From an uncultured Clostridium sp. (lineage in GTDB: Bacteria > Bacillota_I > Bacilli_A > RF39 > UBA660), in NCBI GenBank assembly GCA_964612605.1, contig CAZTEJ010000003.1:1-50578 (forward strand): a DNA stretch of 50,578 bases, in the 5' to 3' direction. Made by a program: the position numbers and the translations under genes. The notes under the pieces are model-generated. The model searched no databases. It was not told where the DNA came from and saw nothing but the letters and a program-made list of their open reading frames with translations. Of this stretch, positions 1-10,313 are shown in pieces; position 1 is the first letter of the stretch; each line of letters opens with the position of its first letter.

Positions 1-673
1 TGAAACCGTCACAAATTGTGACACTTTCAAATTAAAAGCAAAAGATGGAAAAATGCGTAATACAGATATGCTAGATACAAAAGGAATATTTAGACTTATT
101 GAATCAGTACCTAGTCCAAAAGCTGAACCTATGAAATTGTGGTTAGCAAATCTTGGTAAAGAAAGAATAGATGAAGTATTTGACCCAGAGATTGCCGGCA
201 ATAGAATCATTAATTACTATCGTAACAAAGGTTATAGTGATGAATGGATTAAAAAAAGACTAACTGGTATGGTTGATAGATTCAAACTAACTGATATATG
301 GAAAGATGCTGGCATTGAAAAACCAATCGAATATGCAATGCTTACTAATGAAATATATAAAAGTTGGTCAGGAATGAAAGCAAGTGAATATAAAGCATAT
401 AAAGGTATTAGAAAAGAATCTTTAAGAGATAATATGACTGATATAGAAGTTTTACTTACAGATTTAGGAGAAATTGCTACTCGTGACATTGCCGAAACTG
501 AACATCCACAAGGATTTAAAGAAAATATGAAAGTTGCAAAAAAAGGTGGTAAAGTTGCAAATGATGCAAGAAAATCATATGAAAAAGCAACTAAAAAAAC
601 AGCAATATCAAATCAAAATTCTATAAACTATCAATATATAAATGATACAAAACAAATAGAAAATAAGTTTTAA
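1..673 (+). CDS. Bro-N/phage antirepressor-like protein, 5' end outside window
   Basis: Frame is open from base 2 (ETVTNCDTFKLKAKDGKMRNTD). RLIESVPSPKAEPMKLWLA and SLRDNMTDIE motifs are typical of this island-associated family. Confidence 0.7.
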   Translation, partial: ETVTNCDTFKLKAKDGKMRNTDMLDTKGIFRLIESVPSPKAEPMKLWLANLGKERIDEVFDPEIAGNRIINYYRNKGYSDEWIKKRLTGMVDRFKLTDIWKDAGIEKPIEYAMLTNEIYKSWSGMKASEYKAYKGIRKESLRDNMTDIEVLLTDLGEIATRDIAETEHPQGFKENMKVAKKGGKVANDARKSYEKATKKTAISNQNSINYQYINDTKQIENKF

Positions 674-719
674 TAAAAAATTATAAAGTAATAATTAAAA
701 CAAAGGGCGGCAATAATGG

Positions 720-1679
720 ATGAAAAACGAAATTATTTTATTTGAAAATCAAAATGTAAAATTAGAAGTAAATATGAAAGATGAAACAGTATGGTTAAAT
801 ACTGAACAAATGGCAAAATTATTTGATAGAGATTATAAAACTATTAGAAAACATATTAATAATGCCCTAGAAGAAGAACTAAGTGATCAAGTGGTAGTCG
901 CAAAATTTGAGAATACCACTCAGCATGGTGCAATTGAAGGGAAAACACAAACTCATTATATAGATTATTATAATCTTGATGTTATTATAAGTGTTGGTTA
1001 TAGAGTTAAAAGTAAACAAGGTATAATATTTAGAAAATGGGCTAATAAAATTATAAAAGATTATATGATTAAAGGTTATGCCATTAATCAGAAAAGATTA
1101 GAATATCTTGAAAAGACTATTAAATTAATAGATATTGCTGGAAGAATTGATACAGAACTAAAAGGAAATGAAGCACAGGAAATTATTAAAGTAATAAATA
1201 ATTATTCTAATGCGCTAAATTTACTTGATGATTATGACCACAAAAGAATAACTAAACCAAATGGTACAATTAATGATAATAAAATTAATTATGAAGATTG
1301 TATGAATATAGTTAATAAACTTAAATTTAATAATGATAGTGATTTATTTGCACTTGAAAGAAATAAAGGCTTAAAATCTATTATTAGTAATATATATTCA
1401 TCATTTGATGGAAAAGACCTATACTCAACAACAGAAGAAAAAGCAGCCAATTTCTTATATTTAATTACTAAAAATCATACCTTTATAGATGGAAACAAAA
1501 GGATTGCAGCAACATTATTCATTTATTTTCTAGAATTTTATAATTTACTTTATAAAGATGGAAAACAAGTTATTGATAATAATACACTAGTCGCTATCAC
1601 CTTATTAATTGCAGAATCTAATCCAAAAGAAAAGGATATATTAATAGACTTAATAATGAATTTCTTAAAACAAAATTAA
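720..1679 (+). CDS. RhuM-like N-terminal domain fused to Fic/DOC domain
   Basis: YNLDVIISVGYRVKS...FRKWA (RhuM-like) and HTFIDGNKR (Fic/Doc motif). Confidence 0.85.
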   Translation: MKNEIILFENQNVKLEVNMKDETVWLNTEQMAKLFDRDYKTIRKHINNALEEELSDQVVVAKFENTTQHGAIEGKTQTHYIDYYNLDVIISVGYRVKSKQGIIFRKWANKIIKDYMIKGYAINQKRLEYLEKTIKLIDIAGRIDTELKGNEAQEIIKVINNYSNALNLLDDYDHKRITKPNGTINDNKINYEDCMNIVNKLKFNNDSDLFALERNKGLKSIISNIYSSFDGKDLYSTTEEKAANFLYLITKNHTFIDGNKRIAATLFIYFLEFYNLLYKDGKQVIDNNTLVAITLLIAESNPKEKDILIDLIMNFLKQN

Positions 1680-1703
1680 AAATGTTTATACAATATACAT
1701 CCA

Positions 1704-2033
1704 GTTGCTCTAATCAGGACACTTGCAACAAAACCAGATATAATTTTACTTGACGAACCACTATCTGCACTAGACTACGTAACAAGACTAACAATAATCG
1801 ACGAAATATATAACATACTAAAAGAATTAAACATAACCACAATCCTAATAACTCATGATATAGCAGAATGCACCTCATTTTGTGATAAAATAATTGTATT
1901 ATCTAAAAGACCAGCAATAATTAAAAACATTTACAACATAAAATTAGAAAATAAATCATTACCATCACAAAATAGAAAAGATAAAAACTTTTATAAATAC
2001 TATGACAAAATATGGGGTGATTTAGACAAATGA
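1704..2033 (+). pseudogene. 3' half of NitT/TauT-type ABC transporter ATP-binding gene; 5' half missing here
   Basis: Manual translation: VALIRTLATKPDIILLDEPLSALD...ILITHDIAE...WGDLDK*. Walker B and H-loop are present. No start codon, Walker A or LSGG signature upstream; in-frame stop at 1677-1679. Confidence 0.85.
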
Positions 2034-2815
2034 GTAAAGAACAAAAACAATATCTAAAAAAAATAAAACAAAATAAAATACTCATACTCATATCGCAAAT
2101 AACAATAATACTAACCATAATTTTTCTCTGGGAAATCCTAAGCAACAAAGAAATAATAAACAGTTTTATCTTCTCTTCACCATCAAAAATAATAAAATGT
2201 ATATACAAATTATATCAAAACAATAACCTATTTTATCACATATATATAACCCTAAAAGAAGTAATAATCTCATTCCTATTAGGAACCATAATCGGATTCA
2301 CATTTGCAATAATATTTTATTTTATACCAACACTAAAAAAAATATTAGATCCATTTCTAAACCTAATAAACAGCCTACCAAAAGTTTCCCTAGGACCACT
2401 ACTAATAATCTGGTTAGGAGCAAATACCAAATCAATAATAGTAATGAGTCTACTTATAAACACCATAGTAACCCTAATTACAATATACAACGGACTAATA
2501 AATACCGACGAATACAAAATAAAAATGTTTAAAACCTTTCACGCAACAAACTATCAAATACTATTTTATCTTATCCTACCATCAAATAAAGAAACAATCA
2601 TATCAAGCATAAAACTAAATATATCAATGTCATTAATAGGAGTAATAATGGGAGAATTCCTAGTAAGTCAAGCCGGAATAGGATATCTTATTTTATATGG
2701 AACCCAAGTATTTAATCTAAATCTAGTTATGAGCGGAATAATTATCATCATGATAATATCATTTATTATATATGAATTAATAAACTATCTAGAACAAAAA
2801 CTAACCACCAAATAG
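2030..2815 (+). CDS. ABC transporter permease, NitT/TauT family
   Basis: Hydrophobic protein with SSPSKI, LPKVSLGPLLIIWLG and GEFLVSQAGIGYLI motifs; overlaps the stop of the ATPase remnant. Confidence 0.9.
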   Translation: MSKEQKQYLKKIKQNKILILISQITIILTIIFLWEILSNKEIINSFIFSSPSKIIKCIYKLYQNNNLFYHIYITLKEVIISFLLGTIIGFTFAIIFYFIPTLKKILDPFLNLINSLPKVSLGPLLIIWLGANTKSIIVMSLLINTIVTLITIYNGLINTDEYKIKMFKTFHATNYQILFYLILPSNKETIISSIKLNISMSLIGVIMGEFLVSQAGIGYLILYGTQVFNLNLVMSGIIIIMIISFIIYELINYLEQKLTTK

Positions 2816-2838
2816 CGTTTTACCAACGCTATTTTTTT
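2811..2838 (+). terminator. Rho-independent terminator
   Basis: atagcgtt-ttacc-aacgctat followed by a T-run, between convergent genes. Confidence 0.75.
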
Positions 2839-2846
2839 AAATTAGT

Positions 2847-3203
2847 CTAATTAGAAATTAATAAACATATACCAATTACAATAAAAACAATAGCAAAAAT
2901 AACAACAAACATATCAACAATTACAGCTTCCTCCGGATTTTCAGAATTATATCTTACAATTACCTTACTACCTATTCTACGATAACTAGAAGTAAAATTT
3001 GATTTTAGTAAATACTCTTTTCCATCAACTATATATCTAACATAATAATAATACATATTAGTACCATCATCACTTTCATAATGAGAAAACTCATTATCAC
3101 AAATTACTCCCTTAACTTTTTTCTGATTAGGAACCCTTTTGAAAAAACCAAATACAATTAAAACAACAAACCCAATTATTATACTAACTACACCAGCATT
3201 CAT
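2847..3203 (-). CDS. Small membrane protein, DUF3592-like
   Basis: TM - beta-rich domain (GSKVIVRYNSENPEEA) - TM. Start placed at ATG 3203 behind GGAGG. Confidence 0.65.
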   Translation of the reverse strand: MNAGVVSIIIGFVVLIVFGFFKRVPNQKKVKGVICDNEFSHYESDDGTNMYYYYVRYIVDGKEYLLKSNFTSSYRRIGSKVIVRYNSENPEEAVIVDMFVVIFAIVFIVIGICLLISN

Positions 3204-3303
3204 AAAATACCTCCAGGATAAGTATATCACATATTCTTACTAATGAATACATTATTTTTCTTAACACAACCACTAACATTAACGTACCTTATCACTATTA
3301 TTC

Positions 3304-4581
3304 TTAATTCTTTAAAGCAGTAATAGGAACTACATAAACACCATCTGGTCTTTTATACGCTGAATTAGTCATTCCACATATTACACAAAGTACTTTAGGT
3401 GCTAATCCATTTTCTTTTTTTATACTATTACTAATATTAATAAGATTATTTGCCGCTTTATCAATCGCATTCACTCCAAGCTTTATTTCAAATGCACATC
3501 AATTACCATCTTCCAATTCAATGACAGAATCAATTTTCCTATTTTGATAATCTTGATAATGAAACAATTTAGCATTAAATGATTCAGCATATATTTTTAA
3601 ATCTCTTTCAACCAACGCCTCAAATAAAAAACCAAAAAAATTCAAATCATTTATAAGTTTTTCTTCAGTTAAATTAAGAATAGCGCATACCATAGAAGGA
3701 TCAGCAAAATGTCTTTTTTTCGCTTGTTTTACTCTTATACTTGACCTTATATTTGTAGAAAAAGGCTCATCATTATCTAATAAAAATAATCTATCTAAAG
3801 CATCCAAATAAGAAGAAACTGTATCAATATCTATATCTTCATTATCTATTTCCTTAATATCATTTTTAATTTTTGAAATTGTAATTGTTGTACTTTCATT
3901 TCTAGCAAGAGATTTAAGTAATAACTTTACTTTATGCTTATCTCTTTTTATACCATCTAATCTATTTAAATCATCATCAATTATTAATTTAATATATTCA
4001 GACACAATAATTCTTGAATCTAACGAAGAACAATTAATATTAGCTGGAAACCCTCCTCTTACAACTAATCTTGCAAGATTCTTTAAACTTACATCTTCTA
4101 ATCTTTTCAAAATATTTTTCCCATCACAAATATCTTTTAAAGATATTTCTCCAGTTGAATCACCTGATTCATATAATGACATTGTTCTAAGAAATATTTT
4201 TCCAAATCTTCCTGCACCTGAATGATTGATACCTTTAACTTTTGGAGTACTTGAACCAGTTAAAATATATTGTCCCTTAGAACCAGTTTTATCTATATTA
4301 TATCTAATCTCATCCTACAAATTAGGTGCTTCTTGCCATTCATCAATTAATTTAGGTTTGTTACCATCTAAAATTATATCAGGTGAAATCTTGGCTAATT
4401 CTACTTCATTAGACTCTCCACCTGTCTTTTTATAAAGAAGACTTTCACTCATTGCGTGATATCTACCACCCCACGTTTTTCCACAATATTTAGGCCCTTC
4501 AATACTTACTGCACCAAATAATTTTAAATATTTTTCAACTTTTTCATCTACAATTCGTTTTCTATAATTTTTTATTTCCAT
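3304..4581 (-). pseudogene. AAA_14/DUF4143 ATPase pseudogene with two in-frame nonsense codons
   Basis: One 426-codon frame with GPKYCGKT, LIDEWQ, ILTGS, RGGFP, GFLFEALV and FEIKLG, interrupted by TAG at 4315-4317 and TGA at 3499-3501. Confidence 0.85.
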
Positions 4582-4729
4582 AAGAATTTCCTTTCATTAC
4601 ATCATTTATATAATATATATTATACAATAAAATATAATTCAATCTTATTCCGTGAGATTTATACAATTTATTCCTAATTAATTACATTTTAAACCCTATA
4701 CTACAAAATAACTTAAAATATTCTAAATA

Positions 4730-5122
4730 TCAATCACATTTAACATCCAAAATATCATCAATCATAATACATACACCATTATTCATCCTAATTAATCCAT
4801 TAACCATATCAATTTTCTTAACACAACCACTAACACTAACATACCTACCACCATCTTTTTTTTCATCCTTAACAAAATAAGTTATACCAACCATATTCAT
4901 ATCTTTAATATGTTCATTTATATAAACAAGTTTACTATTAATAACCTCCTTTAGACCATCATCAATAATAATCTTCTCATCAGTTAACCTAGCAGTTTCT
5001 TTAATCTCAGCATCATACCCAGTTAAAGCAGCAAAAGGAGCAAACTGCGCTGCCCTAGCTTCCATACTCATCTTACTTCTTTTAGAAACAGGCCTATTTA
5101 ACCCAATAATATCATCATACAT
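4730..5122 (-). CDS. YolD-like protein (partner of Y-family polymerase)
   Basis: RAAQFAPFAALTGY motif; directly downstream of the Y-family polymerase. Confidence 0.85.
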   Translation of the reverse strand: MYDDIIGLNRPVSKRSKMSMEARAAQFAPFAALTGYDAEIKETARLTDEKIIIDDGLKEVINSKLVYINEHIKDMNMVGITYFVKDEKKDGGRYVSVSGCVKKIDMVNGLIRMNNGVCIMIDDILDVKCD

Positions 5123-5124
5123 AA

Positions 5125-6624
5125 CTAACTCTTATGACCTCCAACCTCATTATTTCTATCCCTAGAAGTAGCACCTTCCTCAAAATTCATCCCTTTCAAA
5201 ATAGAGTTCTTACCATACCTCTTCTTAATATCCAAAATAGTTCTCTGTAAATTTTTTTCCTCAACTTCATAATGTTCTAACATATCCTTTTTCTTCTTCT
5301 TCATATCAAAATCACTAAACAAATCAAGTTGTTCCCTCACGTCATTCTTAACCTTATCTTCCCCAATCAAATTACAAGCAACAACATTAATTCTCCTAAC
5401 AAGTAATATCGGATTAACAATCCTATCAAACAACTCCATAACCTTATCCATAATAATTTTAGTAGAAGAACAATAATGATCAATATTAACAGTACCATGA
5501 GCATGCTTAGGAATAAATCTTCCATAACTATCCTTAACAATATCCCCATCATACCTAGCACTAATAATACTATTAGTTAAATTTTCAACATCATAACCAA
5601 TAGTCAAAACAATCTGATTAGTCAAAAGACGCTTATCAACCAATTCCAAAACCAAATTATCAACCATTTCCTTAACAATAAGTCTAGTCTTCTTACAATC
5701 ATAAGGACAATGCAAAACCTGACCCATACTAATACTACTAGAACTAGGTACATACCTCTTAGCAACATCAATCGTACAAGGTTCATAACCCCAAACATGA
5801 TCAATCAAAAGTTCCGCATTAACACCAAACAACTTATACAAAAAATCCTCATTATCAATACTCATCCTAGCAACATCACCCAAAGTATACATCCCATTAT
5901 CTTCCAATTTCCTTGCATACCCCTTACCAATTCTCCAAAAATCAGTAATAGGTCTATGACTCCATAGTTCCCTTTTATATTTATCCTCATCAAGAAAAGC
6001 CATTCGAACCCCAAACTCATTCGCATCCATCTTCTTAGCAGTAACATCCATAGCTACCTTAGCCAAATACATATTAGTACCAATCCCCGCAGTAGCAGTT
6101 ATTCCCGTAGTATCATAAACATCCTTAAGAATCTTAACAACTAACTCCTCAGCACTCATATTATAAAACTTCAAATAACTAGTCAAATCACAAAAAACCT
6201 CATCAATAGAATAAACTAAAATATCCTCAGCAGAAATATACTTAAGATAAATATTATAAATATCAGTACTATACTTCATATAAAGTTTCATCCTAGGAGT
6301 AGCCTTAATAAAATCAAGTTCAAGCAAAGAATCATTCTTAAACTCCTTATCACTTATAGTCTTACCAATAAACTCCTTATACCCATTACTCTTTTTTCTA
6401 TTATAATTAGCCTCTCTAACCTTACCTTTTGCCTCATACAACCTAACCCGACCAGGAATACCATAAGCCTTCAAAGCAGGCGTAACCGCAAGACAAATAG
6501 TTTTATCAGTTCTCTCCTCATCAGCAACAACCAAATAAACATCCAAAGGATCCAACCCTCTATCAATACACTCAACAGAAGCAAAAAAACTCTTCAAATC
6601 AATACAAGCATAAATCCTTTCCAT
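5125..6624 (-). CDS. Y-family (UmuC/ImpB-type) translesion DNA polymerase
   Basis: CIDLKSFFASVE, YSIDEVFCD, TAGIGTNMYLAK motifs and C-terminal RNNEVGGH. Confidence 0.92.
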   Translation of the reverse strand: MERIYACIDLKSFFASVECIDRGLDPLDVYLVVADEERTDKTICLAVTPALKAYGIPGRVRLYEAKGKVREANYNRKKSNGYKEFIGKTISDKEFKNDSLLELDFIKATPRMKLYMKYSTDIYNIYLKYISAEDILVYSIDEVFCDLTSYLKFYNMSAEELVVKILKDVYDTTGITATAGIGTNMYLAKVAMDVTAKKMDANEFGVRMAFLDEDKYKRELWSHRPITDFWRIGKGYARKLEDNGMYTLGDVARMSIDNEDFLYKLFGVNAELLIDHVWGYEPCTIDVAKRYVPSSSSISMGQVLHCPYDCKKTRLIVKEMVDNLVLELVDKRLLTNQIVLTIGYDVENLTNSIISARYDGDIVKDSYGRFIPKHAHGTVNIDHYCSSTKIIMDKVMELFDRIVNPILLVRRINVVACNLIGEDKVKNDVREQLDLFSDFDMKKKKKDMLEHYEVEEKNLQRTILDIKKRYGKNSILKGMNFEEGATSRDRNNEVGGHKS

Positions 6625-6632
6625 ACATCCAC

Positions 6633-7526
6633 CTACTTAACTATTTCTTGTTCCAACACCAAATCAATATCATAAACTTCCTTAACATTATCCTTAATTT
6701 CATTAATTAAAAATACAACATCACAACTAGAAGCATTATTATAATTAATAATAAAATTAGCATGCTTCAAACTAACCATCGCACCACCCTTTACTTTACC
6801 TTTAAATCCAAGTTCCTCAATTAACCTACCAGCATAATCATTATCCGGATTCCTAAAAACAGAACCAGCACTAGGATACTCTAAAGGTTGAGTTTCACCT
6901 CTTCTCTTCTTCCTATCTTCCATTAAAGAAACAATATCATCCCTATCACCACTTTCAAGTTCCAAAACAACATCCAAACAAATATAATTCTTATCCCTTA
7001 ATATTGAATACCTATACCCAAAATTCAAATCATCCCTATTAAGTTCTAATATATTTCCAAAAAAATCAAGAACCCTAACACACTTTACAAGCCTACCAAT
7101 ATCACTATTATAAGCACCCGCATTCATATATATTGCACCACCTATAGTACCCGGAATACCACCAGCAAACTCAAGCCCACTAAGCCCTTTCTTAGCACAT
7201 AACAAAGACAAAGAAATCAAACTATAACCACTACCAACCCTAACAACATTACCATCAAAACTAACCTCATTAAACCTATCTAATTTAATTAAAACACCAT
7301 CAAAACCATCATCACTAAAAATTAAATTAGAACCATTTCCAATAACCTTATACCTAACACGATTACTAATAACATAATTAAGTATTAACTTTAACTCAGA
7401 AGCATCCCTAGGTAAAACCAAAATCCTACCCTTACCACCAACTTTATAAGTACAATAATCCCTTAAATCAACATCAATTCTATATTCAATCCCCATTAAT
7501 TCAAAATCACTTACCATAAGTACCAC
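6633..7526 (-). CDS. murB: UDP-N-acetylenolpyruvoylglucosamine reductase
   Basis: GNGSNL, GIPGTIGGAIYMNAGAY, QPLEYPSAGSVFRNP, HANFIIN. Confidence 0.97.
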   Translation of the reverse strand: MVLMVSDFELMGIEYRIDVDLRDYCTYKVGGKGRILVLPRDASELKLILNYVISNRVRYKVIGNGSNLIFSDDGFDGVLIKLDRFNEVSFDGNVVRVGSGYSLISLSLLCAKKGLSGLEFAGGIPGTIGGAIYMNAGAYNSDIGRLVKCVRVLDFFGNILELNRDDLNFGYRYSILRDKNYICLDVVLELESGDRDDIVSLMEDRKKRRGETQPLEYPSAGSVFRNPDNDYAGRLIEELGFKGKVKGGAMVSLKHANFIINYNNASSCDVVFLINEIKDNVKEVYDIDLVLEQEIVK

Positions 7527-7609
7527 CTATATATATTATACCAACTATCATTCAAAAAATCTCAAATAAATAAAAAGTACAAAAATTATATTTGTACTAT
7601 AAAACACAC

Positions 7610-8641
7610 TTATTCTAAATAATCAACTAATACCCCATAATACTTTTCTTTCAAATATTCATTCCTTTCATTACCAAAAACAATATAACCACCCTCATCA
7701 ACATACAACGTATCAATAAGATTATTATTCTTATCATAAAGCATCAGACTAAACTTATTACCACTACTAACACCATTACCACTAGGTATAGTTCTGGACA
7801 ATAACTCAGTTATCTTAATTATATCCTCATTATCACTAATAACCTTAACCTGTTTATCATTATCCATAACAACTATTCTCTTAGTCCTAATTAAATTCTC
7901 AATCAATTCAGGTTCAATATATAATTCAGTTCCCCAATCATTATTTATAATACCCAAATAATTCATCTTATAAAAAATATTATAAGTATAAGTAATCTTA
8001 CTATTTCCAAAATTATATCTATAAAAAGTTTTATCATCATCAATTGTATAATAATTTATATAATCTAAAACATAACCTTTTTCCTGTTTATAATGATTAA
8101 TAAAATAATTATATCTATACAAAATCTCATTCTCATTAATATAAGTATCTAAATAAGAATAAGTTATTTTATAAATATAACCATTTTTAATATAAAACGT
8201 AATAACCCTATTAGTAGAAATAATATCATCAATATAATAAGTAAACATAATATAACCAAAAGACATATCCTCATTAGGATAATGAATAAAATATCTCCAA
8301 GAACTATCTATATCAACACCTAACTTATCCTTAATAATACCAACAATATCATCTAAATAACTATCATTATTATAAATAACATTCTCAGTTTCAACATAAC
8401 TATTAACATCAATCTTATAATTACAACTAATCTCTTTATATTCAGCAGCTGGATTATTTACATCATTATCCTCATAATATATAAGATTTAATAAAAACTT
8501 ATAATCATCATTAACTTCCTCATCAATAACAACAAAAGATTTTTTTATACCTTCATTAACATTAACTTTACTCTTATACATAATTCTAATAAAACAACAC
8601 ATAAACAAAGTTAAAAATATAATTAATATATTCTTTTTCAT
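7610..8641 (-). CDS. Hypothetical secreted/membrane-anchored protein
   Basis: 343-aa ORF with N-terminal hydrophobic segment; shares a YYIDxIIxTNxV segment with the upstream ORF. Confidence 0.7.
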   Translation of the reverse strand: MKKNILIIFLTLFMCCFIRIMYKSKVNVNEGIKKSFVVIDEEVNDDYKFLLNLIYYEDNDVNNPAAEYKEISCNYKIDVNSYVETENVIYNNDSYLDDIVGIIKDKLGVDIDSSWRYFIHYPNEDMSFGYIMFTYYIDDIISTNRVITFYIKNGYIYKITYSYLDTYINENEILYRYNYFINHYKQEKGYVLDYINYYTIDDDKTFYRYNFGNSKITYTYNIFYKMNYLGIINNDWGTELYIEPELIENLIRTKRIVVMDNDKQVKVISDNEDIIKITELLSRTIPSGNGVSSGNKFSLMLYDKNNNLIDTLYVDEGGYIVFGNERNEYLKEKYYGVLVDYLE

Positions 8642-8689
8642 CCTTATCTCCTAAGAATAAAATATTTAAACCAAGAAATAAAATTACAA

Positions 8690-10087
8690 TTATAATTCTA
8701 TTTCATATGATTCAATTTCATAAAATAAATTATTATTTTCTATTGTCAACAAAATATTATATTTTAAAATATCATTATTATAATCATAAAAATATTTTTC
8801 CTCTACTTTTTTAACAGTATAATCAAAATTATTAAGAGTTAATTTATTATTTTGTAAACTTTTTTGTTCATTACCAAACTTCAAATCGGTCATTTCAGAA
8901 ATATTTTTTATTTTATTATTTTCAAAAATCTGTATTTTATTTTTTAAATTATTTTCGTTAACATCATCAATATTATTAACATTTATTTTTTTTACTCCAG
9001 CTAATTTAATAGTAGTAATATCGAAATTTTTTATAATTATACTATAAACTTTATTAGTTTCGATAATTCCATCAATGTAATAATAAAAATTTAATATTCC
9101 AAACCCTTCTTCTTTATTAATTAAATTATACATAACCTTATAATCACTAACATCAAATTGATTATCAAATAATAAAATTTCATCAATTATAGGCTTAAAT
9201 ATAGTTTTATAATTACTTAAATCATCTAATTCTATATCATTTAAAGATTTAACATCGATTGTATTTATTTTATTATTAGATACAGATTGATATAATTCAT
9301 TAATATCAATCCTAACTTCATTATACATTTCAATATCAATATTAGGATTAATTAATTTTGTTTCATTATATGATTCATCAACTTTTTCCAGTGAAAGTGC
9401 CAAAGAATAATTATTAGTTGTTCCAATGGTGGTATTACCATCTCCAACTACACTTAAATAAGTAACCAAATTTGTATTCGTATATGTTGTTGAAGCTTGT
9501 TCAATTGCAGTATCTACTGAATTACCAGCGCCCAAAGAATAATTATATTTTTTTAACCAATCAGGTCCATCTTCAAATCGTGAAGCAATTGAATTTTTAA
9601 ATCCAACAGCAACATTAGCACCATTACTAACAGCCTTTTTTGTTAAAGTAACATTTCCACTATCTGTTGAACAACCAACGAAAGATATAATATTAGTTGC
9701 TGCAAAACTACGATTACCAAATCCTACCAATTTAAACTCTTTATTATTAAAACTTGTTGTAACATAATTAGGATTTGTAGAACTAATACTTAATCCAGTA
9801 CGATATTCAGTTGAATCTTTAGAAGCGGTAAGTATTGATGAAGAATTTGCATGACCATTAATAAAAAACACACGCGATCCACCAAGTTTTGTTCCATTTA
9901 AATAAGAATATGTTGGATTAGTCGAATAATACGATGCTGTTAATGTCGAATGAGGATAGTATCCCTCTGCAGCATTTTTAACATTTTCCGTAAAATCACT
10001 TTGATTTGAATCAATTGTAGAAGCATATTTTGACCCCACACTATATGCTAGTGTAGACGCATAAACATTTGGAATAAATAATATCAT
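8690..10087 (-). CDS. Hypothetical secreted protein, possible His/Cys caspase-like-fold N-domain
   Basis: 465-aa ORF. Frame stays open upstream through a basic + hydrophobic signal-like stretch ending VYA, so the start is uncertain. FINGHA and SFVGCS motifs. Confidence 0.6.
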   Translation of the reverse strand: MILFIPNVYASTLAYSVGSKYASTIDSNQSDFTENVKNAAEGYYPHSTLTASYYSTNPTYSYLNGTKLGGSRVFFINGHANSSSILTASKDSTEYRTGLSISSTNPNYVTTSFNNKEFKLVGFGNRSFAATNIISFVGCSTDSGNVTLTKKAVSNGANVAVGFKNSIASRFEDGPDWLKKYNYSLGAGNSVDTAIEQASTTYTNTNLVTYLSVVGDGNTTIGTTNNYSLALSLEKVDESYNETKLINPNIDIEMYNEVRIDINELYQSVSNNKINTIDVKSLNDIELDDLSNYKTIFKPIIDEILLFDNQFDVSDYKVMYNLINKEEGFGILNFYYYIDGIIETNKVYSIIIKNFDITTIKLAGVKKINVNNIDDVNENNLKNKIQIFENNKIKNISEMTDLKFGNEQKSLQNNKLTLNNFDYTVKKVEEKYFYDYNNDILKYNILLTIENNNLFYEIESYEIEL

Positions 10088-10313
10088 AAATATTACTATT
10101 CCACTTAATAAAATTTTTTTCCTCTTTCTTTTAATTTTTAATTCGATATCAAATATATATTCACCTCCTAAATTTGATATTCCCCAAAATATATAACCTC
10201 TTATCTAACACAAGAATATAACAATTAATTGTAAATGTAAATAATTTTATTATAATTTTTCTTAACGTGAATATAATTCACACTAAAAAAACTTTTAGAT
10301 TTTTCCAAAAGTT

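Noticed and set aside
3499-3501. TGA-as-Trp recoding (genetic code 4)
   Set aside because: The same gene also has an in-frame TAG, other genes end at TGA (e.g. RT, YolD-like), and the tRNA-Trp seen has a CCA anticodon.
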